Assembly: GCF_057098645.1 (NCBI RefSeq)
Contig: NZ_CM169472.1
Direction: 5' to 3' (one strand)
DNA length: 64,000 bases
The notes below the pieces were generated by a model. That model did no database searches. It was not told the origin of the DNA and worked only from the letters and a program-made list of their open reading frames with translations. Position numbers and translations under genes: made by a program. Positions 32,287 to 43,720 of this stretch are shown piece after piece (the first letter of the stretch is position 1; each line of letters begins with the position of its first letter).

Positions 32287-32631
32287 ATGACTATCGTTCG
32301 TATCGATGCTGAAGCCCGCTGGTCTGATGTAGTAATCCACAACAACACGCTCTACTACACTGGTGTACCGGAAAACCTCGACGCCGATGCCTTTGAGCAA
32401 ACCGCCAACACGCTGGCGCAGATTGACGCCGTGCTGGAAAAACAGGGCAGCAATAAATCGAGCATTCTGGATGCCACCATTTTCCTGGCCGATAAAAACG
32501 ACTTCGCGGCGATGAATAAAGCGTGGGATGCCTGGGTTGTCGCGGGTCATGCGCCGGTGCGCTGCACGGTACAAGCGGGTTTGATGAACCCGAAGTATAA
32601 AGTTGAAATTAAGATTGTGGCTGCGGTGTAA
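32287..32631 (+). CDS. yoaB: RidA/YjgF-family protein YoaB
   Basis: Start at MTIVRIDAEA gives 114 aa; tandem ATG at 32284 is an alternative; GAGGA upstream. Confidence 0.8.
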   Translation: MTIVRIDAEARWSDVVIHNNTLYYTGVPENLDADAFEQTANTLAQIDAVLEKQGSNKSSILDATIFLADKNDFAAMNKAWDAWVVAGHAPVRCTVQAGLMNPKYKVEIKIVAAV

Positions 32632-33052
32632 GCTTTATCGAAGCAAAATAAGTCAGACGATAATTTATCGATAATACTGGTCGGTTTTACATAAATCGAC
32701 CAGAGAATAAGATATTACTGTTGATGCTTCTGCTAATTCATTATTTATTTTTATAATTTCAATTTTATCTATAAAACTAACTATATAAATAAACATAACC
32801 ATGCCGTTGTGTTCGCCCTTTGATTAGCAACTCTGGTTTTCTTTCTTAGCTGAACAATCTGGTTATAGCGTGCGGACTGACCGTTAATTTTCTCCATCTT
32901 ACTGGATAACACACCATGAGCTGCTACCTTTAAAACACCTGAATGTCAACAGGTTAACTCGTGCCATATCGTTATAATCCCTTTGATATTAGATGCAAAT
33001 TAAGGTCATATATAGCCTTATCGATAACATGGTTAATTTTAAGGATAAGAAT

Positions 33053-33352
33053 ATGCCTGCTGTAATAGATAAAGCCCTGGATTTCATTGGTGCCATGGAT
33101 GTATCAGCGCCAACACCAAGTTCGATGAATGAAAGCACGGCGAAGGGAATCTTTAAATATTTAAAAGAACTGGGAGTACCCGCGAGTGCCGCTGATATTA
33201 CGGCGCGAGCTGACCAGGAAGGCTGGAACCCTGGGTTCACGGAAAAAATGGTTGGATGGGCAAAAAAAATGGAGACAGGTGAACGCTCTGTGATTAAAAA
33301 TCCTGAGTACTTTTCAACATATATGCAGGAAGAACTAAAAGCACTGGTCTGA
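33053..33352 (+). CDS. yoaC: DUF1889 protein YoaC
   Basis: Start ATG 33053 (MPAVIDKALD) after AAGGA gives 99 aa. Confidence 0.8.
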   Translation: MPAVIDKALDFIGAMDVSAPTPSSMNESTAKGIFKYLKELGVPASAADITARADQEGWNPGFTEKMVGWAKKMETGERSVIKNPEYFSTYMQEELKALV

Positions 33353-33471
33353 GTTAAATTTATATCAGCATAAATGGGTCAGGACGCTTTTAATCACATA
33401 TAAAAAGCGTCCTTTTTCTCACAATCAAATAATCATCGGCTTCTATAACGAAATCGATACGGATTAGTGTG

Positions 33472-33651
33472 TTACTCGTCTTCATCCTCAAAACGCGCCA
33501 CGATTCGCTCGCCGGAGTGGTTGGCACGCAGCTCTTCTGCCACCAGCGCGATTGCCTGGCCGCTGCTCATCCCTTGTGCCATCAGTTCCTGGATCCGCTC
33601 GACAGCTTTTTGCTGCTGTTCATGGGTGAGTGAAGGTAAACCTGCAAACAT
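33472..33651 (-). CDS. yoaH: UPF0181 protein YoaH (59 aa)
   Basis: Hand translation of the minus strand gives [59 protein letters not shown]; the ORF track lists only the antisense ORF here. Confidence 0.8.
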
Positions 33652-33724
33652 TGTTAACTCCTGCTAAATTGTTGGCGCTAATTATTTCATGCTACCCGGC
33701 ACATAGCCAGTAGAGTCAGGACTG

Positions 33725-35086
33725 ATGAAGACGTTATCTCCCGCTGTGATTACTTTACCCTGGCGTCAGGACGCCGCTGAATTTTATTTCTCCCGCTTAA
33801 GCCACCTGCCGTGGGCGATGCTTTTACACTCCGGCTATGCCGATCATCCGTATAGCCGCTTTGATATTGTGGTCGCCGAGCCGATTTGCACTTTAACCAC
33901 TTTCGGTAAAGAAACCGTTGTTAGTGAAAGCGAAAAACGCACAACGACCACTGATGACCCGCTACAGGTGCTCCAGCAGGTGCTGGATCGCGCAGACATT
34001 CGCCCAACGCATAACGAAGATTTGCCATTTCAGGGCGGCGCACTGGGGTTGTTTGGCTACGATCTGGGCCGCCGTTTTGAGTCACTGCCAGAAATTGCGG
34101 AACAAGATATCGTTCTGCCGGATATGGCAGTGGGTATCTACGATTGGGCGCTCATTGTCGACCACCAGCGTCATACAGTTTCTTTGCTGAGTCATAATGA
34201 TGTCAATGCCCGTCGGGCCTGGCTTGAAAGCCAGCAATTCTCGCCGCAGGAAGATTTCACGCTCACTTCCGACTGGCAATCCAATATGACCCGCGAGCAG
34301 TACGGCGAAAAATTTCGCCAAGTACAGGAATATCTGCACAGCGGTGATTGCTATCAGGTGAATCTCGCCCAGCGTTTTCATGCGACCTATTCTGGCGATG
34401 AATGGCAGGCATTCCTTCAGCTTAATCAGGCCAACCGCGCGCCATTTAGCGCTTTTTTACGTCTTGAACAGGGTGCAATTTTAAGCCTTTCGCCAGAGCG
34501 GTTTATTCTTTGTGATAATAGTGAAATCCAGACCCGCCCGATTAAAGGCACGCTACCACGCCTGCCCGATCCTCAGGAGGATAGCAAACAAGCAGAAAAA
34601 CTGGCGAACTCAGCGAAAGATCGTGCCGAAAATCTGATGATTGTCGATTTAATGCGTAATGATATCGGTCGTGTTGCCGTAGCAGGTTCGGTAAAAGTAC
34701 CAGAGCTGTTCGTGGTGGAACCCTTCCCTGCCGTGCATCATCTGGTCAGCACCATAACGGCGCGACTACCAGAACAGTTACACGCCAGCGATCTGCTGCG
34801 CGCAGCTTTTCCTGGTGGCTCAATAACCGGGGCTCCGAAAGTACGGGCTATGGAAATTATCGACGAACTGGAACCGCAGCGACGTAATGCCTGGTGCGGC
34901 AGCATTGGCTATTTGAGCTTTTGCGGCAACATGGATACCAGCATTACTATCCGCACGCTGACTGCCATTAACGGACAAATATACTGCTCTGCGGGCGGTG
35001 GAATTGTCGCCGATAGCCAGGAAGAAGCGGAATATCAGGAAACTTTTGATAAAGTTAATAAGATATTACGCCAACTGGAGAAGTAA
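33725..35086 (+). CDS. pabB: Aminodeoxychorismate synthase component I PabB
   Basis: 453-aa chorismate-binding-family ORF. Confidence 0.9.
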   Translation: MKTLSPAVITLPWRQDAAEFYFSRLSHLPWAMLLHSGYADHPYSRFDIVVAEPICTLTTFGKETVVSESEKRTTTTDDPLQVLQQVLDRADIRPTHNEDLPFQGGALGLFGYDLGRRFESLPEIAEQDIVLPDMAVGIYDWALIVDHQRHTVSLLSHNDVNARRAWLESQQFSPQEDFTLTSDWQSNMTREQYGEKFRQVQEYLHSGDCYQVNLAQRFHATYSGDEWQAFLQLNQANRAPFSAFLRLEQGAILSLSPERFILCDNSEIQTRPIKGTLPRLPDPQEDSKQAEKLANSAKDRAENLMIVDLMRNDIGRVAVAGSVKVPELFVVEPFPAVHHLVSTITARLPEQLHASDLLRAAFPGGSITGAPKVRAMEIIDELEPQRRNAWCGSIGYLSFCGNMDTSITIRTLTAINGQIYCSAGGGIVADSQEEAEYQETFDKVNKILRQLEK

Positions 35087-35089
35087 GAC

Positions 35090-35668
35090 GTGGAATACCG
35101 TAGCCTGACGCTTGATGATTTTTTATCGCGCTTTCAACTTTTGCGCCCACAAATTAACCGGGAAACCCTAAATCATCGTCAGGCTGCCGTGTTAATCCCC
35201 ATCGTCCGTCGACCGCAACCGGGGTTGTTGCTGACTCAGCGTTCAATTCATCTGCGTAAACACGCTGGACAAGTGGCATTCCCTGGAGGTGCAGTCGATG
35301 ACACGGACGCATCAGTTATCGCCGCCGCGCTGCGCGAAGCTGAAGAAGAGGTTGCTATACCGCCTTCCGCCGTTGAAGTTATCGGCGTGCTGCCGCCCGT
35401 CGATAGCGTAACTGGCTATCAGGTAACCCCAGTGGTCGGCATTATCCCGCCCGATCTGCCGTATCGCGCCAGTGAAGATGAAGTCTCGGCGGTGTTTGAA
35501 ATGCCGCTCGCCCAGGCATTACATCTGGGTCGTTATCACCCTTTAGATATCTACCGCCGTGGCGATTCACATCGGGTATGGCTGTCCTGGTACGAACAGT
35601 ATTTTGTATGGGGAATGACCGCAGGCATAATTCGTGAGCTGGCGCTGCAAATTGGTGTGAAACCCTGA
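35090..35668 (+). CDS. nudL: Nudix CoA pyrophosphatase NudL
   Basis: 192-aa ORF with Nudix box (REAEEEV). Confidence 0.9.
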
Positions 35669-35851
35669 CTATACTTATCTTTACATCTACAAAACACTAC
35701 TTGAGACAATCATCGCAATATTAGTTAAATCGCGTTTTTTGATTAGTTTAATTCATGTGAATAGTTAAGCCAGTCGCCGCGTTCCCTCTTACACTATGCG
35801 CTGTTATTAGTTCGTTACTGGAAGTCCAGTCACCTTGTCAGGAGTATTATC

Positions 35852-37216
35852 GTGATTAGTCTATTCGACATGTTTAAGGTGGGGATTGGTCCCTCATCTT
35901 CCCATACCGTAGGGCCTATGAAGGCGGGTAAACAGTTCGTCGATGATCTGGTCGAAAAAGGCTTACTGGATAGCGTTACTCGCGTTGCCGTGGACGTTTA
36001 TGGTTCACTGTCGCTGACGGGTAAAGGCCACCACACCGATATCGCCATTATTATGGGTCTTGCAGGTAACGAACCTGCCACCGTGGATATCGACAGTATT
36101 CCCGGTTTTATTCGCGACGTAGAAGAGCGCGAACGTCTGCTGCTGGCACAGGGACGGCATGAAGTGGATTTCCCGCGCGACAACGGGATGCGTTTTCATA
36201 ACGGCAACCTGCCGCTGCATGAAAACGGTATGCAAATCCACGCCTATAACGGCGATGAAGTCGTCTACAGCAAAACTTATTATTCCATCGGCGGCGGTTT
36301 TATCGTCGATGAAGAACACTTTGGTCAGGATGCTGCCAACGAAGTGAGCGTGCCGTATCCGTTCAAATCTGCCACCGAACTGCTCGCGTACTGTAATGAA
36401 ACCGGCTATTCGCTGTCTGGTCTCGCTATGCAGAACGAACTGGCGCTGCACAGCAAGAAAGAGATCGACGAGTATTTCGCGCATGTCTGGCAAACCATGC
36501 AGGCATGTATCGATCGCGGGATGAACACCGAAGGTGTACTGCCAGGCCCGCTGCGCGTGCCGCGTCGTGCGTCTGCCCTGCGCCGGATGCTGGTTTCCAG
36601 CGATAAACTGTCTAACGATCCGATGAATGTCATTGACTGGGTAAACATGTTTGCGCTGGCAGTTAACGAAGAAAACGCCGCCGGTGGTCGTGTGGTAACT
36701 GCGCCAACCAACGGTGCCTGCGGTATCGTTCCGGCAGTGCTGGCTTACTATGACCACTTTATTGAATCGGTCAGCCCGGACATCTATACCCGTTACTTTA
36801 TGGCAGCGGGCGCGATTGGTGCATTGTATAAAATGAACGCCTCTATTTCCGGTGCGGAAGTTGGTTGCCAGGGCGAAGTGGGTGTTGCCTGTTCAATGGC
36901 TGCTGCGGGTCTTGCAGAACTGCTGGGCGGTAGCCCGGAACAGGTTTGCGTGGCGGCGGAAATTGGCATGGAACACAACCTTGGTTTAACCTGCGACCCG
37001 GTTGCAGGGCAGGTTCAGGTGCCGTGCATTGAGCGTAATGCCATTGCCTCTGTGAAGGCGATTAACGCCGCACGGATGGCTCTGCGCCGCACCAGTGCAC
37101 CGCGCGTCTCGCTGGATAAGGTCATCGAAACGATGTACGAAACCGGTAAGGACATGAACGCCAAATACCGCGAAACCTCACGCGGTGGTCTGGCAATCAA
37201 AGTCCAGTGTGACTAA
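35852..37216 (+). CDS. sdaA: L-serine dehydratase 1 SdaA
   Basis: 454-aa ORF recognised as SdaA. Confidence 0.9.
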   Translation: MISLFDMFKVGIGPSSSHTVGPMKAGKQFVDDLVEKGLLDSVTRVAVDVYGSLSLTGKGHHTDIAIIMGLAGNEPATVDIDSIPGFIRDVEERERLLLAQGRHEVDFPRDNGMRFHNGNLPLHENGMQIHAYNGDEVVYSKTYYSIGGGFIVDEEHFGQDAANEVSVPYPFKSATELLAYCNETGYSLSGLAMQNELALHSKKEIDEYFAHVWQTMQACIDRGMNTEGVLPGPLRVPRRASALRRMLVSSDKLSNDPMNVIDWVNMFALAVNEENAAGGRVVTAPTNGACGIVPAVLAYYDHFIESVSPDIYTRYFMAAGAIGALYKMNASISGAEVGCQGEVGVACSMAAAGLAELLGGSPEQVCVAAEIGMEHNLGLTCDPVAGQVQVPCIERNAIASVKAINAARMALRRTSAPRVSLDKVIETMYETGKDMNAKYRETSRGGLAIKVQCD

Positions 37217-37346
37217 TACTTCTTACTCGCCCATCTGCAACGGATGGGCGAATTTATCCCCGCTTTCTCGTCTGCTGTAATATTCCCCACTACACTTCCA
37301 GTGTTGCGTCAGGCGTTTGTCGCCATACGCTTACAGGGTGGCCCGC

Positions 37347-38945
37347 ATGCAAAAAGCACAACGGATCATTAAAACCTATCGCCGTAATCGAATGATTGTT
37401 TGTACGATTTGCGCACTCGTTACGCTCGCTTCGACCCTGAGCGTGCGATTTATTTCACAGCGTAACTTAAATCAACAACGGGTAGTACAATTCGCCAATC
37501 ACGCTGTAGAGGAATTAGATAAAGTACTGCTTCCCCTACAGGCAGGTAGCGAAGTCTTGCTTCCGCTGATTGGTCTGCCCTGCTCTGTCGCCCATTTGCC
37601 ATTACGTAAACAGGCGGCAAAACTACAAACTGTGCGATCCATTGGCCTGGTGCAAGACGGCACACTTTATTGCTCCAGCATTTTTGGTTATCGCAATGTG
37701 CCCGTCGTGGACATTCTGGCTGAACTTCCTGCACCGCAACCACTTTTACGCCTGACGACCGACCGTGTCCTGATTAAAGGCAGTCCGGTTTTGATTCAAT
37801 GGACGCCTGCAGCGAGCAGTAGCAATGCTGGGGTCATGGAGATGATTAACATCGACTTACTGACGGCAATGCTCCTTGAGCCACAACTGCCGCAAATCAG
37901 TAGCGCCAGCCTGACGGTGGACAAACGGCATTTGCTCTATGGTAATGGGCTGGTAGATTCCCTTCCGCAACCTGAAGACAATGAAAACTATCAGGTTTCT
38001 TCGCAACGCTTTCCTTTTACCATTAACGTTAATGGTCCGGGGGCTACGGCGCTGGCATGGCACTATCTTCCAACACAATTACCGCTGGCGGTGCTGCTAA
38101 GTTTACTGGTGGGCTACATCGCCTGGCTGGCGACCGCTTACCGGATGAGCTTTTCCCGCGAAATCAATCTGGGCCTGGCGCAACATGAGTTCGAATTGTT
38201 CTGTCAGCCTTTGCTTAATGCGCGCAGCCAGCAATGTATTGGTGTAGAGATTTTGCTGCGCTGGAACAATCCGCGTCAGGGCTGGATTTCACCGGATGTG
38301 TTTATTCCTATCGCGGAAGAACATCATTTAATTGTGCCACTGACCCGCTATGTGATGGCAGAAACCATTCGTCAGCGCCATGTTTTCCCGATGAGTAGTC
38401 AGTTTCATGTTGGCATTAACGTCGCACCCAGCCATTTTCGCCGTGGTGTGCTGATAAAAGATCTCAATCAGTACTGGTTTAGCGCTCACCCGATTCAGCA
38501 ACTGATCCTCGAAATCACCGAACGCGATGCCTTACTGGATGTTGATTATCGGATTGCCCGCGAGCTACATCGTAAAAACGTCAAACTGGCGATTGATGAC
38601 TTCGGCACCGGCAACAGTTCATTTTCCTGGCTTGAAACATTACGTCCTGACGTGCTGAAAATTGATAAGTCATTTACCGCAGCTATAGGTTCTGACGCGG
38701 TTAACTCGACGGTGACCGATATCATCATCGCGCTGGGGCAAAGACTGAATATTGAACTGGTGGCGGAGGGCGTGGAAACGCAAGAACAGGCGAAGTATTT
38801 GCGCCGTCATGGCGTGCATATTTTGCAAGGGTATTTGTACGCACAGCCGATGCCGCTACGTGATTTCCCCAAATGGCTGGCGGGCAGCCAACCGCCGCCC
38901 GCCCGGCATAATGGACATATCACGCCCATTATGCCGTTACGTTAA
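37347..38945 (+). CDS. yoaD: CSS-motif EAL-domain c-di-GMP phosphodiesterase YoaD
   Basis: Start at MQKAQRIIK gives 532 aa; periplasmic CSS motif and C-terminal EAL domain. Confidence 0.85.
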   Translation: MQKAQRIIKTYRRNRMIVCTICALVTLASTLSVRFISQRNLNQQRVVQFANHAVEELDKVLLPLQAGSEVLLPLIGLPCSVAHLPLRKQAAKLQTVRSIGLVQDGTLYCSSIFGYRNVPVVDILAELPAPQPLLRLTTDRVLIKGSPVLIQWTPAASSSNAGVMEMINIDLLTAMLLEPQLPQISSASLTVDKRHLLYGNGLVDSLPQPEDNENYQVSSQRFPFTINVNGPGATALAWHYLPTQLPLAVLLSLLVGYIAWLATAYRMSFSREINLGLAQHEFELFCQPLLNARSQQCIGVEILLRWNNPRQGWISPDVFIPIAEEHHLIVPLTRYVMAETIRQRHVFPMSSQFHVGINVAPSHFRRGVLIKDLNQYWFSAHPIQQLILEITERDALLDVDYRIARELHRKNVKLAIDDFGTGNSSFSWLETLRPDVLKIDKSFTAAIGSDAVNSTVTDIIIALGQRLNIELVAEGVETQEQAKYLRRHGVHILQGYLYAQPMPLRDFPKWLAGSQPPPARHNGHITPIMPLR

Positions 38946-38948
38946 CGC

Positions 38949-40505
38949 TTACTCATCTTCATCGTGCGCCGGTTGCTCTTTAACAATGCGAACCAGATCA
39001 ACACGATAATCATTGGCTTCAATGATGGTGATATGCAGTGGCCCTACATCAATCACATCGCCCACACGGGGAATGTGACCATTTGCCGAGATCACGAGGC
39101 CCGCGACCGTCGCGATATCATCGTCATCGGCAAGGTGCTCAACATCAAGCGCCTGCTGCAAGGCATGCAAATCTGTACCGCCTTTTACCAGCCAGCCGTC
39201 ACCATCAGTAATGATTTCCGGCGTTTCGTCAGCGTCCGGGAATTCACCCGCAATGGCTTCCAGCACATCCAGCGGCGTGACCAGACCTTGTACCACACCA
39301 AACTCGTTGGTCACGATAACAAAGCTCCCGCGAGCACGACGCAGCACGCCCAACAGGTTGATCGGATCGAGGGTTTCCGGGACGATAATCGCCGGAGACG
39401 CCGAAGCAATCGCCGCCACATCAACGCCCTCTTCCAGCGCCACCAGCAGTTCTTTAGCACGTACGATTCCGATGATTTCATCCAGTTCACCGCGACATAC
39501 CGGGAACAGGCTGTGCGGTGAGGAGAGCAGCTGCTCGCGGATTTCATCGACCCCGAGATTAGCGTCAACCCAGCTTATTTCACCGCGCGGCGTCATGATC
39601 CCGCGCAGAGAACGCGACGCCAGCGTCAGTACGCCGTTAATCATGTAACGTTCTTCTTCGGCAAATGCACCTTCCGGGATCGGCATCGGCATCGGGTTAT
39701 CGGCATCGTGCTGAACATTGGCCTGACGTTTCCCGCCCATCAAACGCAGGATGGCATCGGCAGTACGCGCTCGCAGCGGCAAAGTCGACTGGTGACGAAT
39801 AAAGTTGCGACGCGCAATCTGGTTAAACACTTCGATGATGATCGAGAAGCCAATCGCGGCATACAGGTAACCTTTCGGAATGTGGAAACCGAAACCTTCT
39901 GCCACCAGACTCAGACCAATCATTAACAGGAAGCTCAGACAGAGCACCACCACCGTGGGGTGCTGGTTAACAAATCGCGTCAGCGGTTTGGATGCCAGCA
40001 ACATAACCGCCATCGCAATCACTACCGCCGCCATCATCACCGGCAGATGGTTAACCATCCCTACTGCAGTAATTACCGCATCCAACGAGAAGACGGCGTC
40101 AAGGATGACAATCTGTGTGACGACCACCCAGAAACTGGCGTAGCCTTTACCGTGGCCGGAATCATGATCGCGGTTTTCCAGCCGTTCATGCAGTTCGGTT
40201 GTTGCTTTGAACAGCAAGAATATCCCCCCGAACAACATAATCAGGTCGCGTCCGGAGAAGGAGAAATCCATGACGGTAAATAGCGGTTTGGTCAGCGTGA
40301 CCATCCATGAAATCAGCGACAGCAGCCCCAGACGCATAATCAGCGCCAGTGATAACCCCAGTAAACGCGCTTTATCGCGTTGTTTTGGCGGCAGTTTGTC
40401 AGCAAGAATGGCGATGAAGACCAGGTTATCGATACCCAGCACAATTTCGAGAACAACAAGCGTGAGTAGCCCCGCCCAAATTGAGGGGTCCATTAAGAAT
40501 TCCAT
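38949..40505 (-). CDS. yoaE: TerC-family / CBS-CorC membrane protein YoaE
   Basis: 518-aa ORF recognised as YoaE. Confidence 0.9.
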
Positions 40506-40967
40506 GACAAGCTCCTGCTTAAGGAATAGCTATTCGACGCCAGAAATAATGCAGGCGTAACGACAAAATGCAAACGAAAGGTGCGGCATAGAGTGCCAGA
40601 AAGGCAGGCGTTAAAAGGCCTGATGCTGAAATGACGTCGGTGACGATCCATACTGCGGGCTACTGCCCTATACTCCATGGTTGTTAAACGGGAGTTTAAC
40701 ATATCAGAGACGCCTCTGATTTGGCAAAGATTTACCTTCCTTTGCAAACGAATGTGACAAGGATATTTTACCTTTCGAAATTTCTGCTAATCGAAAGTTA
40801 AATTACGGATCTTCATCACATAAAATAATTTTTTCGATATCTAAAATAAATCGCGAAACGCAGGGGTTTTTGGTTGTAGCCCTTATCTGAATCGATTCGA
40901 TTGTGGACGACGATTCAAAAATACATCTGGCACGTTGAGGTGTTAACGATAATAAAGGAGGTAGCAA

Positions 40968-41939
40968 GTGACCATTGCTATTGTTATAGGCACACATGGT
41001 TGGGCTGCAGAGCAGTTGCTTAAAACGGCAGAAATGCTGTTAGGCGAGCAGGAAAACGTCGGCTGGATCGATTTCGTTCCAGGTGAAAATGCCGAAACGC
41101 TGATTGAAAAGTACAACGCTCAGTTGGCAAAACTCGACACCACTAAAGGCGTGCTGTTTCTCGTTGATACATGGGGAGGCAGCCCGTTCAATGCTGCCAG
41201 CCGCATTGTCGTCGACAAAGAGCATTATGAAGTCATTGCAGGTGTTAACATTCCAATGCTCGTGGAAACGTTAATGGCCCGTGATGATGACCCAAGCTTT
41301 GATGAACTGGTTGCGCTGGCAGTAGAAACAGGCCGTGAAGGCGTGAAAGCACTGAAAGCCAAACCGGTTGAAAAAGCCGCGCCAGCACCCGCTGCCGCAG
41401 CACCAAAAGCGGCTCCAACTCCGGCCAAACCAATGGGACCAAACGACTACATGGTTATTGGCCTTGCGCGTATCGACGACCGTCTGATTCACGGTCAGGT
41501 CGCCACCCGCTGGACTAAAGAAACCAATGTCTCCCGTATTATTGTTGTTAGTGATGAAGTGGCTGCGGATACCGTTCGTAAGACACTGCTCACCCAGGTT
41601 GCACCTCCGGGCGTAACAGCACACGTAGTTGATGTTGCCAAAATGATTCGCGTCTACAACAACCCGAAATATGCTGGCGAACGTGTAATGCTGTTATTTA
41701 CCAACCCAACAGATGTAGAGCGTCTCGTTGAAGGCGGCGTGAAAATCACCTCTGTTAACGTCGGTGGTATGGCATTCCGTCAGGGTAAAACCCAGGTGAA
41801 TAACGCGGTTTCGGTTGATGAAAAAGATATCGAGGCGTTCAAAAAACTGAATGCACGCGGTATTGAGCTGGAAGTCCGTAAGGTTTCCACCGATCCGAAA
41901 CTGAAAATGATGGATCTGATCAGCAAAATCGATAAGTAA
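40968..41939 (+). CDS. manX: Mannose PTS EIIAB component ManX
   Basis: GTG start 40968 after AAGGAGG; 323 aa with Ala/Pro-rich linker. Confidence 0.9.
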   Translation: MTIAIVIGTHGWAAEQLLKTAEMLLGEQENVGWIDFVPGENAETLIEKYNAQLAKLDTTKGVLFLVDTWGGSPFNAASRIVVDKEHYEVIAGVNIPMLVETLMARDDDPSFDELVALAVETGREGVKALKAKPVEKAAPAPAAAAPKAAPTPAKPMGPNDYMVIGLARIDDRLIHGQVATRWTKETNVSRIIVVSDEVAADTVRKTLLTQVAPPGVTAHVVDVAKMIRVYNNPKYAGERVMLLFTNPTDVERLVEGGVKITSVNVGGMAFRQGKTQVNNAVSVDEKDIEAFKKLNARGIELEVRKVSTDPKLKMMDLISKIDK

Positions 41940-42001
41940 CGTATTGTGTTGATTATCACTCAGTTTTCACACTTTAGTCTTACGTAAACAGGAGAAGTAC
42001 A

Positions 42002-42802
42002 ATGGAGATTACCACTCTTCAAATTGTGCTGGTATTTATCGTAGCCTGTATCGCAGGTATGGGATCAATCCTCGATGAATTTCAGTTTCACCGTCCGCTA
42101 ATCGCGTGTACCCTGGTGGGTATCGTTCTTGGGGATATGAAAACCGGTATTATTATCGGTGGTACGCTGGAAATGATCGCGCTGGGCTGGATGAACATCG
42201 GTGCTGCAGTTGCGCCTGACGCCGCTCTGGCATCTATCATTTCTACCATTCTGGTTATCGCAGGTCATCAGAGCATTGGTGCAGGTATCGCACTGGCAAT
42301 CCCTCTGGCCGCTGCGGGCCAGGTACTGACCATCATCGTTCGTACTATTACCGTTGCTTTCCAGCACGCTGCGGATAAGGCTGCTGATAACGGCAACCTG
42401 ACAGCGATTTCCTGGATCCACGTTTCTTCTCTGTTCCTGCAAGCAATGCGTGTGGCTATTCCGGCCGTCATCGTTGCGCTGTCTGTAGGTACCAGCGAAG
42501 TACAGAACATGCTGAATGCGATTCCGGAAGTGGTGACCAATGGTCTGAATATCGCCGGTGGCATGATCGTGGTGGTTGGTTATGCGATGGTTATCAACAT
42601 GATGCGTGCTGGCTACCTGATGCCGTTCTTCTACCTCGGCTTCGTAACCGCAGCATTCACCAACTTTAACCTGGTTGCTCTGGGTGTGATCGGTACTGTT
42701 ATGGCAGTGCTCTACATCCAACTTAGCCCGAAATACAACCGCGTAGCCGGTGCGCCTGCTCAGGCTGCTGGTAACAACGATCTCGATAACGAACTGGACT
42801 AA
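42002..42802 (+). CDS. manY: Mannose PTS EIIC component ManY
   Basis: 266-aa membrane ORF. Confidence 0.9.
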   Translation: MEITTLQIVLVFIVACIAGMGSILDEFQFHRPLIACTLVGIVLGDMKTGIIIGGTLEMIALGWMNIGAAVAPDAALASIISTILVIAGHQSIGAGIALAIPLAAAGQVLTIIVRTITVAFQHAADKAADNGNLTAISWIHVSSLFLQAMRVAIPAVIVALSVGTSEVQNMLNAIPEVVTNGLNIAGGMIVVVGYAMVINMMRAGYLMPFFYLGFVTAAFTNFNLVALGVIGTVMAVLYIQLSPKYNRVAGAPAQAAGNNDLDNELD

Positions 42803-42805
42803 CAG

Positions 42806-43666
42806 GTGAGCGAAATGGTTGATACAACTCAAACTACCACCGAGAAAAAACTCACTCAAAGTGATATTCGTGGCGTCTTCCTGCGTTCTAACCTCTTCCA
42901 GGGTTCATGGAACTTCGAACGTATGCAGGCACTGGGTTTCTGCTTCTCTATGGTACCGGCAATTCGTCGCCTCTACCCTGAGAACAACGAAGCTCGTAAA
43001 CAAGCTATTCGCCGTCACCTGGAGTTCTTTAACACCCAGCCGTTCGTGGCTGCGCCGATTCTCGGCGTAACCCTGGCGCTGGAAGAACAGCGTGCTAATG
43101 GCGCAGAGATCGATGACGGTGCTATCAACGGTATCAAAGTCGGTTTGATGGGGCCGCTGGCTGGTGTAGGCGACCCGATCTTCTGGGGAACCGTACGTCC
43201 GGTATTTGCAGCACTGGGTGCCGGTATCGCGATGAGCGGCAGCCTGTTAGGTCCGCTGCTGTTCTTCATCCTGTTTAACCTGGTGCGTCTGGCAACCCGT
43301 TACTACGGCGTAGCGTATGGTTACTCCAAAGGTATCGATATCGTTAAAGATATGGGTGGTGGCTTCCTGCAAAAACTGACGGAAGGGGCGTCTATCCTCG
43401 GCCTGTTTGTCATGGGGGCATTGGTTAACAAGTGGACACATGTCAACATCCCGCTGGTTGTCTCTCGCATTACTGACCAGACGGGCAAAGAACACGTTAC
43501 TACTGTCCAGACTATTCTGGACCAGTTAATGCCAGGCCTGGTACCACTGCTGCTGACCTTTGCTTGTATGTGGCTGCTGCGCAAAAAAGTTAATCCGCTG
43601 TGGATCATCGTTGGCTTCTTCGTCATCGGTATCGCTGGTTACGCTTGCGGCCTGCTGGGACTGTAA
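42806..43666 (+). CDS. manZ: Mannose PTS EIID component ManZ
   Basis: GTG 42806 gives 286 aa; alternative ATG at 42815. Confidence 0.9.
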   Translation: MSEMVDTTQTTTEKKLTQSDIRGVFLRSNLFQGSWNFERMQALGFCFSMVPAIRRLYPENNEARKQAIRRHLEFFNTQPFVAAPILGVTLALEEQRANGAEIDDGAINGIKVGLMGPLAGVGDPIFWGTVRPVFAALGAGIAMSGSLLGPLLFFILFNLVRLATRYYGVAYGYSKGIDIVKDMGGGFLQKLTEGASILGLFVMGALVNKWTHVNIPLVVSRITDQTGKEHVTTVQTILDQLMPGLVPLLLTFACMWLLRKKVNPLWIIVGFFVIGIAGYACGLLGL

Positions 43667-43682
43667 GACTGTTGTACACTAC

Positions 43683-43707
43683 CGGGGCCTTTTGGCCCCG
43701 TTTTTTT
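43683..43707 (+). terminator. Rho-independent terminator after manZ
   Basis: CCGGGGCC-tttt-GGCCCCG followed by TTTTTTT. Confidence 0.75.
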
Positions 43708-43720
43708 ATCTGGAGGATTA

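Noticed and set aside
36005-36757. 250-aa minus-strand ORF inside sdaA
   Set aside because: Antisense to a strongly supported sdaA; a long open antisense frame is common in GC-rich genes.
39211-40283. Several plus-strand ORFs of 87 to 145 aa inside yoaE
   Set aside because: All are antisense to yoaE, with Ser/Arg/Thr-rich low-complexity products.
40506-40800. A Mn riboswitch or PRE-like leader upstream of the TerC-family gene yoaE
   Set aside because: No GGGGAGUAG-type yybP-ykoY signature was found in this leader, unlike the mntP leader.
42098-42859. 253-aa minus-strand ORF across manY
   Set aside because: Antisense to manY; His/Arg/Cys-rich product without homology features; no ribosome-binding site.
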